A program made the position numbers and the translations under genes. The notes beneath the pieces were generated by a model. It worked only from the letters and a program-made list of their open reading frames with translations. It was not told the origin of the DNA and searched no databases. A stretch of DNA of 64,000 bases from Nitrospirota bacterium (GTDB lineage: Bacteria > Nitrospirota > Thermodesulfovibrionia > Thermodesulfovibrionales > JdFR-88), in the NCBI GenBank assembly GCA_021789215.1, contig JAJYJS010000002.1, forward strand, positions 142,605 through 206,604. Reading direction: 5' to 3'. Shown here in pieces: positions 1 to 9,168 of the stretch; position 1 is the stretch's first letter; every line of letters starts with the position of its first letter.

Positions 1-1
1 C

Positions 2-502
2 TATGACGTAAGGAAGGCGTTCCCGTACGACGCCTACGACAAGGTGGAATTCGAGGTCCCCCTTGGCAGCGCGGGCGACGTTTATGACAGGTACCGCGTG
101 AGGATGGGGGAACTGAGGCAGGCCAACCGCATCATCAAACAGTGCATAGAGCAGATGCCGGACGGCCCCGTGCTTGCCCCGGACGCGCCGAAGTTCATAC
201 TGCCCGCGAAGGAAAACCTTTTCAAGAACATGGAGTCCCTTATACATCACTTCGTGCTGCTTACCAAGGGGCCTTTGACGGCCCCGGCGGGCGAGATATA
301 TTCGGCCGCCGAGGTGCCCAAGGGCGAGCTTGGCTTCTATATAGTCAGCGACGGGACCGGAAAGCCTTACAGGATGAGGGTGAGGGCACCCTCCTTTATC
401 CACGCCTCGGTGCTGCCCAGGCTCTGCGAGGGCGGTCTTGTAGCGGACGTTATTGCCAATATCGGCACAATCGACATAGTGCTTGGAGAATGCGACAGAT
501 GA
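2..502 (+). CDS. nuoD: NADH-quinone oxidoreductase subunit D, C-terminal part (5' end outside the window)
   Basis: The frame is open from the window edge. [40 protein letters not shown]...DIVLGECDR is a typical NuoD/49-kDa C-terminus. Its stop overlaps the nuoE ATG (ATGA). Confidence 0.9.
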   Translation, partial: YDVRKAFPYDAYDKVEFEVPLGSAGDVYDRYRVRMGELRQANRIIKQCIEQMPDGPVLAPDAPKFILPAKENLFKNMESLIHHFVLLTKGPLTAPAGEIYSAAEVPKGELGFYIVSDGTGKPYRMRVRAPSFIHASVLPRLCEGGLVADVIANIGTIDIVLGECDR

Positions 503-969
503 GTTTTTTTAGCGACAAGGCGTTAAAAGAGCTTGACGAGATAAAGAAGAGATATCCCACGAGAAGGGCCGCCGCCCTGCCCGCGCTCTACGTGGCGCAG
601 AAGGAGTTCGGGTGGCTCTCCCCGGAGGCGATAGACGCCGTAGCCAGGCACCTCACGCTGCCTCCGGCCGTAGTAAAGGGCACGGCGACGTTTTACTCCA
701 TGTACAAGCACAGGCAGGTTGGAAGACACCTCATACAGGTGTGCACCAATGTCTCCTGCATGATATTCGGGGCGGAAAACCTCCTCGGCCTCCTGGAAGA
801 GAAATACGGGGTCACCCCCGGCGGCACAAGCCCCGACGGAAGGTTTTCGCTGGTAATCATGGAGTGCATAGGGGCCTGCGACAAGGCACCGGCAATGCTC
901 GTGGACGAGGACTTCCATTCGGACCTGACCAGAAACGGCATCATAAATATCCTGGAGAGCTATAAATAA
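499..969 (+). CDS. nuoE: NADH-quinone oxidoreductase subunit E (24-kDa, 2Fe-2S)
   Basis: ATG at 499 overlaps the nuoD stop. Cys motifs VCTNVSC and [10 protein letters not shown] match the thioredoxin-like 2Fe-2S subunit. The longer track ORF from 142 is an out-of-context upstream extension. Confidence 0.9.
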   Translation: MSFFSDKALKELDEIKKRYPTRRAAALPALYVAQKEFGWLSPEAIDAVARHLTLPPAVVKGTATFYSMYKHRQVGRHLIQVCTNVSCMIFGAENLLGLLEEKYGVTPGGTSPDGRFSLVIMECIGACDKAPAMLVDEDFHSDLTRNGIINILESYK

Positions 970-973
970 AAAA

Positions 974-2248
974 ATGGAATACCTGCTCAGGAACATAGAC
1001 AGCCCCAACTCGGCGGAGATAACGGAATACGAGAAGGCGGGCGGCTACGAGGGCCTTAAAAAGGCCCTGAAGATTGACCCCAAGGACCTGATCGAGCTGG
1101 TTAAGAAGTCCGGCCTCAGGGGGCGCGGCGGCGCGGGCTTCCCGACAGGGATGAAATGGATGTTCGCCTCGGCCGACCCCAAGTTCCCCAAATACCTTGT
1201 CTGCAACGCAGACGAAGGGGAGCCCGGCACATTCAAGGACAGGCCGATACTGGAGAAAAACCCGCATCTGCTCATAGAGGGCATGGCTATTTCCGCCCAC
1301 GCGTTGAAGTCCGAAAAGGGATACATATATCTTAGGGGCGAGTACCCATATGCAAAGACGGTGCTGGAGAAGGCCATTGCCCAGGCATACAAAAGGGGTT
1401 ATCTGGGGGCTGACATCCTGGGCTCCGGCATAAAGTTCGACCTCTCGGTGCACCAGGGGGCCGGCGCGTACATATGCGGCGAGGAGACCGCCCTCATAGA
1501 TTCCATAGAAGGCAGGAGGGGGCAGCCAAGGATAAAACCGCCCTTCCCTGTCAGCGTCGGGCTTTTCGGAAAACCGACCATAGTGAACAATGTCGAGACA
1601 CTTTCCAACCTGCCCTTCATAGTAGAGGTGGGGGCTGAGGCGTACTCGAAGATAGGCAACCCCGAGTGCCCGGGCAACAAGCTGTTCTGCATAAGCGGGC
1701 ACGTCGCCAAACCAGGCGTTTATGAACTGCCGATGGGCACTACCCTCAGAGACATCATATACGGCCATGCCGGAGGGATAAAGAACGGGAAGGCGCTGAA
1801 AGCGGTGATCCCGGGCGGCATATCGACCCCCGTGTTCCCGCCGGACAAGCTCGACTGCCCCATGGATTTTGTCTCCGTCCCCAAGTTCGGCAGCATGCTG
1901 GGCTCCGGCGCGGTGATAGTCTTCGACGAGACAACCTGCCTTGTAAGGGTTACCTGGAGGGCGCTGAAATTTTTCGAGCACGAGTCCTGCGGCAAGTGCA
2001 CCCCTTGCAGGGAAGGCACAGGCTGGCTCAGGACGGTGCTTGAGAGGATAGAGAACGGCCAGGGGCGTCCCGGAGACGTTGAACTCCTGGAGGACATATC
2101 GAAAAACATCGCGGGCAAGACCCTTTGTCCTCTTGGAGACGGAGCGGCTTCCGTCGTCATGAATTTCATAAAACACTTCAGGGGGGAGTTTGAGGGGCAT
2201 TTGAAAGGCGGATGCACCTTTAATGCACCCGAATTCAGACAGGCATGA
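974..2248 (+). CDS. nuoF: NADH-quinone oxidoreductase subunit F (51-kDa, FMN/NADH site)
   Basis: GRGGAGFPTGMKW and ESCGKCTPCREG motifs; operon context. Confidence 0.95.
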   Translation: MEYLLRNIDSPNSAEITEYEKAGGYEGLKKALKIDPKDLIELVKKSGLRGRGGAGFPTGMKWMFASADPKFPKYLVCNADEGEPGTFKDRPILEKNPHLLIEGMAISAHALKSEKGYIYLRGEYPYAKTVLEKAIAQAYKRGYLGADILGSGIKFDLSVHQGAGAYICGEETALIDSIEGRRGQPRIKPPFPVSVGLFGKPTIVNNVETLSNLPFIVEVGAEAYSKIGNPECPGNKLFCISGHVAKPGVYELPMGTTLRDIIYGHAGGIKNGKALKAVIPGGISTPVFPPDKLDCPMDFVSVPKFGSMLGSGAVIVFDETTCLVRVTWRALKFFEHESCGKCTPCREGTGWLRTVLERIENGQGRPGDVELLEDISKNIAGKTLCPLGDGAASVVMNFIKHFRGEFEGHLKGGCTFNAPEFRQA

Positions 2249-4824
2249 TAACCGTAACCATAAACCATAAGAAGATCGAGCTTGAAGAGCCCCTGACCAT
2301 TCTGGAGGCGGCTAAACTAAACGGCATTCACATCCCCACATTCTGCCACCACCCGGTGCTTGAGCTCTGGGGCGGTTGCAGGCTTTGCCTGGTGGAGATA
2401 GAGAAAATGCCAAGGCTCCAGACCGCCTGCACCGTAAGGGTGACCGACGGCATGGCCGTCTATACCGAAAGCCCCAAGGTGGTCGAGGCAAGGAAGGCTG
2501 TAATAGAATTCCTCCTCATAAACCATCCTCTCCAGTGCCCCGTGTGTGACAAGGCGGGCGAGTGCGACTTGCAGGACCTGACCGTGAAATACGGTGCGGC
2601 GGCAGGCAGGTTCGAGGAAGGCAAGAGGACGTTCCCCGAGAACGTGGACGACCCGATAATCGTCCGCAACATGGAGCGCTGCATCCTTTGCACGCGGTGC
2701 GTGAGGATGTGCGACGGCGTGCAGGGCGCTTCGGCAATCGCGGTTACCGCAAGGGGGAACAGGTCCCGCATAGAGCCGGTCTCCGGCGGCAGGTACAACT
2801 GCGAATACTGCGGCAACTGCCTCAGCGTCTGCCCTGTCGGGGCGGTAATGTCAAAGCTCCACAGGTATTCATACAGGCCGTGGCAGATGGACAGGACCGT
2901 CCAGACCGTTTGCGGCTACTGCGGCGTGGGCTGCACGCTCAACCTCGAAGTCAGGGACGAGACCATAAAGAAGTCGGTCCCTGTGTTCGGCAAGGGCGTG
3001 AACAAGGGCCTCCTTTGCAGCCGCGGGCGTTTTGGCTACGAGTTCACCGGAAGCGAGGAAAGGCTCACCACCCCGCTCGTAAAAAGGAACGGCCAGCTTG
3101 AGCCCGCAAGCTGGGACGAGGCGCTTGACCTCGTCGCCAGAAGGTTTGGCGAGATAAAGGGCGCTCACGGGGGGGCGTCAATAGGGGCAATTGCCTCCGC
3201 CAGGTGCACCAACGAGGAGAATTATCTCCTCCAGAAGCTCATGAGGGCCGGGCTGCAATCGAACAACATAGACTCCATCGCGAGGATGGGGCTCCTGCCG
3301 GCGCAGAGACTGCTTGAGGAGTACCTTGGGCAGGGCGCGGCGGCAAATATAATCGCAGGTATCACCCGCTCCGAGGCAGTCGTTGTTATAGCCGGAGACC
3401 CGACGCGCGTGAACCCCGTTATGGGGCTCCAGGTGAGGGCCGCGGCAAAGGCCGGTAAGAAGGTGATAACTATAGGGTTTGCGCCGGGGCTCAGGAAGCA
3501 CAAGACGGGCGCTCTCGCCCCTTATCCGGGCGAAGAGGGGCCGGTTGTCGCGGCGCTTCTCAGGGAGCTTGCAGGCCATGCGATGCCTGGCGAGAACAAG
3601 GATTCCGAGCAGGCCATAAAGGGATGGGAGCTTCCGGAGGCATCCTCGGTGGAAAAAAGGACGGGCGTTGCCGCCTCGGAGATAGCCGCGGTTGCGGAGA
3701 TGCTTAAAGGTGTGCCATCTTCGAGCATAATCGTGGGCAGGGAATTCGCGGCAAACGGCTCCGGCAAGCGCAACATGGCTTTGCTGGCGGCGCTTAGCTA
3801 CGTCCTCAACGGAAGGGTGTTCCTCATGTCCGAGAGGCCCAACGAGCAGGGCCTCATAGAGATGGGCTGCTCTCCCGACATGCTGCCCGGCGAAAGGCCG
3901 CTTGAGCTTGAGAGCTTCAGGAAGAGATACGAGGAGATATGGGGCGTTGCCCTGAACCCGGAAAAGGGCCTCACACTCATGGAGATGATAGAGGCGGCGG
4001 GAAGCAGGATAAAGGCGCTCTACATAATGGGGGAAAACCCCGTATACAACCTGCCCGGCGGGAAATCCGTCAAGGACGCGCTCGGCAGACTTGACTTCCT
4101 CGTAGTGCAGGACATATTCATGACGGAGACGGCCGCCATGGCCGATGTGGTGTTGCCTGCCCTGGGCTGGGCGGAAAAGGAAGGCACTTACATAAACCTC
4201 GAAAAAAGGATGCAGGTCCTGAAGAAGGCGCTTAACAAAAACGGCATGGAGGACTGGAAGATACTGGCCGGCATCGGCAAGAGGCTTTCATTGAAGATGC
4301 CCTTCGAAAGCGCTGCCGATATCATGAAGGAGATAGCCCACGTCTCGCATATCCACGCCGGACTCGACTACGCCGAAGTAGACGAAGGACTTCTCTGGCC
4401 TTACAAGGGCGAGCCGCTGAGGACTGGCGGAAAGCTCCCCTCCGCGCTTCCCGCGGCAGGTTTTGACGCGGAGGCCCCCGGAGTTTTAAAATTAATGATT
4501 GACAAGCCGCTTTTCCACTCCGGCACGATCAGCAGGTATTCCAAGGCTCTTCTAAGCATATCAGGCGGGCCGGTTGCAAGGGTCTGCGCCAGGACCGGAG
4601 CCGGGCTGGGGCTGGAAGACGGCTGCACAGCAAGGATTTCGACTGACAACGGCAGCATTACCCTGAATGTGAAATTCGACGAGGATGCCCCCGAAGGCGT
4701 CCTGCTCCTGGGGAACAACTTCAAGGATGCGGGCGCGATGGGGCTCATGGGATACAGGCTGGAACCGGAGACCAAAATACCCGTCATCGAGCCGGCTAAA
4801 AACCTCAAGGTGGAGAGGATATGA
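2245..4824 (+). CDS. nuoG: NADH-quinone oxidoreductase subunit G (75-kDa)
   Basis: N-terminal 2Fe-2S and 4Fe-4S Cys clusters (CRLCLVE, CPVCDKAGEC, CILCTRCVRMC, CEYCGNCLSVCP) followed by a molybdopterin-oxidoreductase-like domain. ATGA overlaps at both ends. Confidence 0.93.
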   Translation: MITVTINHKKIELEEPLTILEAAKLNGIHIPTFCHHPVLELWGGCRLCLVEIEKMPRLQTACTVRVTDGMAVYTESPKVVEARKAVIEFLLINHPLQCPVCDKAGECDLQDLTVKYGAAAGRFEEGKRTFPENVDDPIIVRNMERCILCTRCVRMCDGVQGASAIAVTARGNRSRIEPVSGGRYNCEYCGNCLSVCPVGAVMSKLHRYSYRPWQMDRTVQTVCGYCGVGCTLNLEVRDETIKKSVPVFGKGVNKGLLCSRGRFGYEFTGSEERLTTPLVKRNGQLEPASWDEALDLVARRFGEIKGAHGGASIGAIASARCTNEENYLLQKLMRAGLQSNNIDSIARMGLLPAQRLLEEYLGQGAAANIIAGITRSEAVVVIAGDPTRVNPVMGLQVRAAAKAGKKVITIGFAPGLRKHKTGALAPYPGEEGPVVAALLRELAGHAMPGENKDSEQAIKGWELPEASSVEKRTGVAASEIAAVAEMLKGVPSSSIIVGREFAANGSGKRNMALLAALSYVLNGRVFLMSERPNEQGLIEMGCSPDMLPGERPLELESFRKRYEEIWGVALNPEKGLTLMEMIEAAGSRIKALYIMGENPVYNLPGGKSVKDALGRLDFLVVQDIFMTETAAMADVVLPALGWAEKEGTYINLEKRMQVLKKALNKNGMEDWKILAGIGKRLSLKMPFESAADIMKEIAHVSHIHAGLDYAEVDEGLLWPYKGEPLRTGGKLPSALPAAGFDAEAPGVLKLMIDKPLFHSGTISRYSKALLSISGGPVARVCARTGAGLGLEDGCTARISTDNGSITLNVKFDEDAPEGVLLLGNNFKDAGAMGLMGYRLEPETKIPVIEPAKNLKVERI

Positions 4825-5828
4825 ACGTATTCGCTGAGATATTCAGACCCGGCATAATGGACTTTCTGATACAGACCGGCATCGTCCTTGTAAAGGCGGT
4901 CATCGTTGTCGGCGTCCTCATGCTGCACGTAACATATGCGACGTATTTTGAAAGGAAAAGCATAGGGCACATGCAGGTGAGGCTCGGCCCCATGGCGGTA
5001 GGCCCGCACGGGCTGCTTCAGCCGATAGCGGACTTCATAAAGCTCTTCTTCAAGGAAGACATAATACCCGCACAGGCCGACAAGCCGATATTCTTCGTTG
5101 CGCCGGTAATATCGATATTCGCGGGCATGACGGCCATATCGGTCATCCCGTTCTTCAACGGGTTCGTTATCGCCAACATCAACATAGGGCTCCTGTTCGT
5201 CCTGGCAATGTCCTCGCTTGGAGCGTACGGCATTATCATGGCCGGGTGGTCCTCGAACTCGAAATACTCCTTCCTCGGCGGCCTCAGGTCCTCGGCCCAG
5301 GTAGTGAGCTACGAGATAGCGATGGGGCTCTCTTTGGTGGGCGTGATGATGATGGCGGGCTCCCTTAACCTGACAGACATAGTGAAGGCGCAGGAGCAGT
5401 ATCCGCTGGGGTTCTTCTGGCCTCAGGCGCTCGGTTTCTTCGTCTTCCTGGTGGCGGCCTTCGCGGAGACCAACAGGACCCCGTTCGACCTGCCCGAGGC
5501 GGAGAGCGAACTGGTTGCGGGGTACTTCACCGAATACAGCGGGATGCGCTTCGCGCTCTTTTATGTCGCGGAATATATCGGGATGATAATGATGTCGCTC
5601 ATCGCGATAACGTGCTTCCTGGGCGGCTGGAACGGCCCGTTTGCAATCCCGTATGTCCCGTTTGCGTGGCTGCTGATCAAGCTCTACTGCTTCATATTCC
5701 TCTTCTACTGGGTAAGGGCCACGGTCCCCCGGTACAGGTATGACCAGCTTATGAGCCTGGGCTGGAAGATACTCATACCGCTTGCGCTTCTGAACATAGT
5801 GGTAACCGGGCTCGTAAAGGTGCTCTAA
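4821..5828 (+). CDS. nuoH: NADH-quinone oxidoreductase subunit H
   Basis: Polytopic membrane protein with AETNRTPFDLPEAESELVAGY, the conserved NuoH/ND1 loop. Confidence 0.95.
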   Translation: MNVFAEIFRPGIMDFLIQTGIVLVKAVIVVGVLMLHVTYATYFERKSIGHMQVRLGPMAVGPHGLLQPIADFIKLFFKEDIIPAQADKPIFFVAPVISIFAGMTAISVIPFFNGFVIANINIGLLFVLAMSSLGAYGIIMAGWSSNSKYSFLGGLRSSAQVVSYEIAMGLSLVGVMMMAGSLNLTDIVKAQEQYPLGFFWPQALGFFVFLVAAFAETNRTPFDLPEAESELVAGYFTEYSGMRFALFYVAEYIGMIMMSLIAITCFLGGWNGPFAIPYVPFAWLLIKLYCFIFLFYWVRATVPRYRYDQLMSLGWKILIPLALLNIVVTGLVKVL

Positions 5829-5841
5829 AGAGGGAAAACAC

Positions 5842-6405
5842 ATGACGATAAAGAAATTCATAAACACGGTCTTCATGACAGAGATACTCAAGGGCATGGC
5901 GCTGACGTTCAGGTCCATGCTCACCCCTGCCATCACGAGGCAGTACCCGAAGGTAAAGAGGTCCGCCGCGGCGGGCTTCAGGGGGGAGCACGCCTTCGTC
6001 AGGGACCCCGAAACCGGCAGGGAAAAGTGCATAGGCTGCGGCCTGTGCGGGGCCGTCTGCCCGTCCCAGTGCATACACATATACACCAGTGAAGACCCGG
6101 AAACGCATAAAAAGATAGTCGACCGCTATGAGATAGAGCTCCTCAGGTGCGTTTACTGCGCCTTCTGCGTGGAGGCCTGTCCCGTGGGGGCGATATCGCT
6201 CACGGAAAACTATGAATATGCAGACTACTCAAGAGAGGCCCTTTATATGACAAAAGAAAAGCTGCTTGCCAACTGGGACAAGTTCATGGCCGGCAAGAAG
6301 GGCGAGGAATACTTCAAGAAGTTCTGGCACCCGCAGGCAAACGATTTCGCCGCTTACGCGGGCCAGGCGGTATTCAATCACAAGCCCAAAGTGGAGGGTA
6401 AATGA
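5842..6405 (+). CDS. nuoI: NADH-quinone oxidoreductase subunit I (2x 4Fe-4S)
   Basis: Two ferredoxin motifs, CIGCGLCGAVCP and CVYCAFCVEACP. Confidence 0.95.
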   Translation: MTIKKFINTVFMTEILKGMALTFRSMLTPAITRQYPKVKRSAAAGFRGEHAFVRDPETGREKCIGCGLCGAVCPSQCIHIYTSEDPETHKKIVDRYEIELLRCVYCAFCVEACPVGAISLTENYEYADYSREALYMTKEKLLANWDKFMAGKKGEEYFKKFWHPQANDFAAYAGQAVFNHKPKVEGK

Positions 6406-6911
6406 ACCCGCTTCTCTTCGGATATCTCGCGGCGGCGATAATCGTCTTCTCCGCGCTGGCGGTCACGAGGAAAAACCCGGTGCACGCCATCCTGTTCATG
6501 ATAGTTATGTTCTTCCATCTGGCCGTCATGTACCTCGGCCTGGACGCGGAGTTCCTTGCGGCAATCCAGATAATAGTCTATGCCGGGGCCATTCTCGTGC
6601 TGTTCCTGTTCGTGGTGATGGTGCTTAACATCAAGGAAGAGATGAGCGGAGAGAGGTTCTCCAGCGGATGGCCGCTCGGCATAAGCCTGGCGGCGGGCAT
6701 CTTCCTTCTCGCCATAATCATGACCGGAAACGTCTTCCCGCTCGGGCAGCAGGGTATTTACACCCCCGCGCTGATAGCCAGCGAGACCCATACAAAGGCG
6801 CTTGGCAGTCTCATGTACACGCAGTACATATTCCCGTTCGAGCTGGCCTCCCTGATACTGCTCGTTGCGGTCATCGGGGCCATTGTCCTTGCGAAAAAAA
6901 GGCTGAGGTGA
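6402..6911 (+). CDS. nuoJ: NADH-quinone oxidoreductase subunit J
   Basis: Small hydrophobic protein in the conserved operon position. ATGA overlap with nuoI. Confidence 0.88.
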   Translation: MNPLLFGYLAAAIIVFSALAVTRKNPVHAILFMIVMFFHLAVMYLGLDAEFLAAIQIIVYAGAILVLFLFVVMVLNIKEEMSGERFSSGWPLGISLAAGIFLLAIIMTGNVFPLGQQGIYTPALIASETHTKALGSLMYTQYIFPFELASLILLVAVIGAIVLAKKRLR

Positions 6912-6922
6912 GCAAATAGAAA

Positions 6923-7225
6923 ATGGTCACAGTCAACTGGTTCATATGGCTTAGCCTGACGCTCTTCATGATAGGGGTATTCGGGTTTCTCACGAGAAGG
7001 AGCATTATAATGATGTTCCTCTCCATCGAGGTGATGCTGAACGCCGTGAACCTCTCGCTCGTGTCGTTTTCGTACTTCCTGAACGACCTGAGGGGCCACA
7101 TACTGGTGTTCTTCATAGTGGCGGTCGCGGCCGCTGAGGCGGCGATAGGGCTTGCCATCCTTATCGCGCTCTTCAGGAACAGGCAGACCGCGCAGGTCGA
7201 CCAGATAACGGAGATGAAGGGATGA
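6923..7225 (+). CDS. nuoK: NADH-quinone oxidoreductase subunit K
   Basis: 100-aa 3-TM protein with the VAAAEAAIGLAIL motif typical of NuoK/ND4L. Confidence 0.92.
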   Translation: MVTVNWFIWLSLTLFMIGVFGFLTRRSIIMMFLSIEVMLNAVNLSLVSFSYFLNDLRGHILVFFIVAVAAAEAAIGLAILIALFRNRQTAQVDQITEMKG

Positions 7226-9150
7226 GCACATATCTTCTCATACCGGCCCTGCCGCTTCTTGGTTTCGTCATCAATATCCTGTTTGGCAGAAAGCTTATCA
7301 GGGACAAGGCGCATCTGGTCGCAATCCCCGCGGTGCTGATAGCCTGGGCTGCCGCCATCTATACGGTAATAGGCGTCGTAAACGGGAAGATAATATCCGA
7401 AGACCTCTACACCTGGATAGTTTCCGACGGCTTCAGGGTCTCGGTGGGGTTCCTCATAGACCAGCTCACAGCCGTGATGCTGGTGGTCGTAACGACCGTA
7501 AGCCTTCTGGTGCACATATATTCCGTGGGCTACATGCACGAGGACAAGGGCTATTACAGGTTTTTCGCATACCTGAACCTCTTCACGTTCTCCATGCTGA
7601 TGCTCATCATGGCAAATAACTTCCTCCAGCTCTATTTCGGCTGGGAGGCCGTGGGCCTTTGCTCCTACTTCCTCATCGGGTTCTGGTACGAGAAGAAATC
7701 GGCCTCCGACGCCGGGAAGAAGGCCTTCATAGTCAACCGCTTCGGCGATTTCGGCTTTGGCCTCGGCCTGATGTTGATATTCATCACCTTCGGCTCCCTG
7801 CACTATGCGCCGGTATTTCAGGCCGTGGGGGGGATTGCCGGAAGGACGGTTGACATACTGGGCTACACCGTCTCGCTGCCCACGGTCATAGCACTCCTGC
7901 TCTTCTGCGGCGCAATGGGCAAATCGGCCCAGCTGCCGCTGCATGTCTGGCTCCCGGATGCGATGGAAGGCCCCACCCCCGTCAGCGCGCTCATACACGC
8001 CGCCACGATGGTCACGGCCGGTGTGTTCATGGTGGCAAGGTGCAACCCCATATTCAACCTCTCGCCCACGGCGCTTGCCGTGGTCGGGATCACAGGGGGG
8101 GTAACGGCCCTGTTTGCCGCGACTATCGCCCTTGTCCAAAATGACATCAAAAGGATAATCGCCTATTCGACTATAAGCCAGCTTGGCTATATGTTCCTTG
8201 CCTGCGGCGTGGGCGCATACGGCGCGGGCGTGTTCCACCTTTACACGCACGCTTTCTTCAAGGCCCTGCTCTTCCTGGGCGCCGGCTCCGTGATGCACGC
8301 CATGTCCGGCGAGCTGGACATCCAGAAGATGGGCGGGCTCAGGAAACACATGCCCATCACCTACTGGACGTTCCTGCTTGCCTCACTGAGCATAGCTGGC
8401 ATACCGGGCTTCGCCGGGTTTTTCAGCAAGGACGAGATACTCTGGCAGGCGTTCGCGCAGGGCGGCGTAGGAAGGGTGCTCTGGGTGTTTGGCACGCTTG
8501 CCGCGCTGCTTACGGCCTTCTACTCGTTCAGGATAATATTCCTGGCCTTCCACGGCGAGTTCAGGGGCACGCACGAGCAGGAGCATCATCTGCACGAGTC
8601 GCCCAAGTCCATGACGATACCGCTCATGATACTGGCCGCCGGCGCGATAGCCTCCGGCTGGGTGGGCATACCGTCCATAATAGGCGGCGAGAACTCAAAC
8701 ATGTTCGGGTCCTTCCTTTCCGGGGTGGTGGGGCGTCCGGCCGAGCTCGGGACCCATTCCCAGGAGATGATGGTAATGGGCCTTTCGATAGGCGTGGGGC
8801 TCCTCGGCATCCTGGGCGCGGCGTACTTCTACATCTGGAACCCCGAACTGCCTAAAGCCCTGGGGCGCAATTTCGCCTTCATTCACAAGGTGCTCTGGAA
8901 CAAGTATTACATAGACGAGCTGTACAACTTTGTTATCGTAAGGCCCACTTTCTGGGTGGCGAGCAGCATAATTGTCGGGACGACCGACGGCAAATGGATA
9001 GAAGGGATAGTGAACGGTGTGCCGCAGGCCATCGGGGCGTTCGGGCAGAGGCTCCGGAAGCTTCAGGACGGTATTGTGCAGCACTATGCCGACATGATGG
9101 CGCTTGGGCTTTTCGTTTTCGTGGCAATCGCGCTGGCGTTGTTCATATAA
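7222..9150 (+). CDS. nuoL: NADH-quinone oxidoreductase subunit L
   Basis: 642-aa Mrp-antiporter-like subunit (WEAVGLCSYFLIGFW, GAMGKSAQLPLHVWLPDAMEGPTPVSALIHAATMV) with the long C-terminal extension typical of NuoL. Confidence 0.93.
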   Translation: MSTYLLIPALPLLGFVINILFGRKLIRDKAHLVAIPAVLIAWAAAIYTVIGVVNGKIISEDLYTWIVSDGFRVSVGFLIDQLTAVMLVVVTTVSLLVHIYSVGYMHEDKGYYRFFAYLNLFTFSMLMLIMANNFLQLYFGWEAVGLCSYFLIGFWYEKKSASDAGKKAFIVNRFGDFGFGLGLMLIFITFGSLHYAPVFQAVGGIAGRTVDILGYTVSLPTVIALLLFCGAMGKSAQLPLHVWLPDAMEGPTPVSALIHAATMVTAGVFMVARCNPIFNLSPTALAVVGITGGVTALFAATIALVQNDIKRIIAYSTISQLGYMFLACGVGAYGAGVFHLYTHAFFKALLFLGAGSVMHAMSGELDIQKMGGLRKHMPITYWTFLLASLSIAGIPGFAGFFSKDEILWQAFAQGGVGRVLWVFGTLAALLTAFYSFRIIFLAFHGEFRGTHEQEHHLHESPKSMTIPLMILAAGAIASGWVGIPSIIGGENSNMFGSFLSGVVGRPAELGTHSQEMMVMGLSIGVGLLGILGAAYFYIWNPELPKALGRNFAFIHKVLWNKYYIDELYNFVIVRPTFWVASSIIVGTTDGKWIEGIVNGVPQAIGAFGQRLRKLQDGIVQHYADMMALGLFVFVAIALALFI

Positions 9151-9168
9151 GGGAGGAGACCTGAACAG

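Noticed and set aside
142-969. Long N-terminal extensions of track ORFs: 142-969 (nuoE), 46044-46961 (pyrF), 35930-36478 (MOSC), 36367-36957 (mog), 49282-50187 (ymdB-like), 13924-15066 (lpxK) and 21139-22929 (nrdJ).
   Set aside because: The extensions overlap the upstream gene in another frame, are Arg/Gly-rich and motif-free. Internal starts give canonical N-termini and ATGA or short-gap coupling with the preceding gene.
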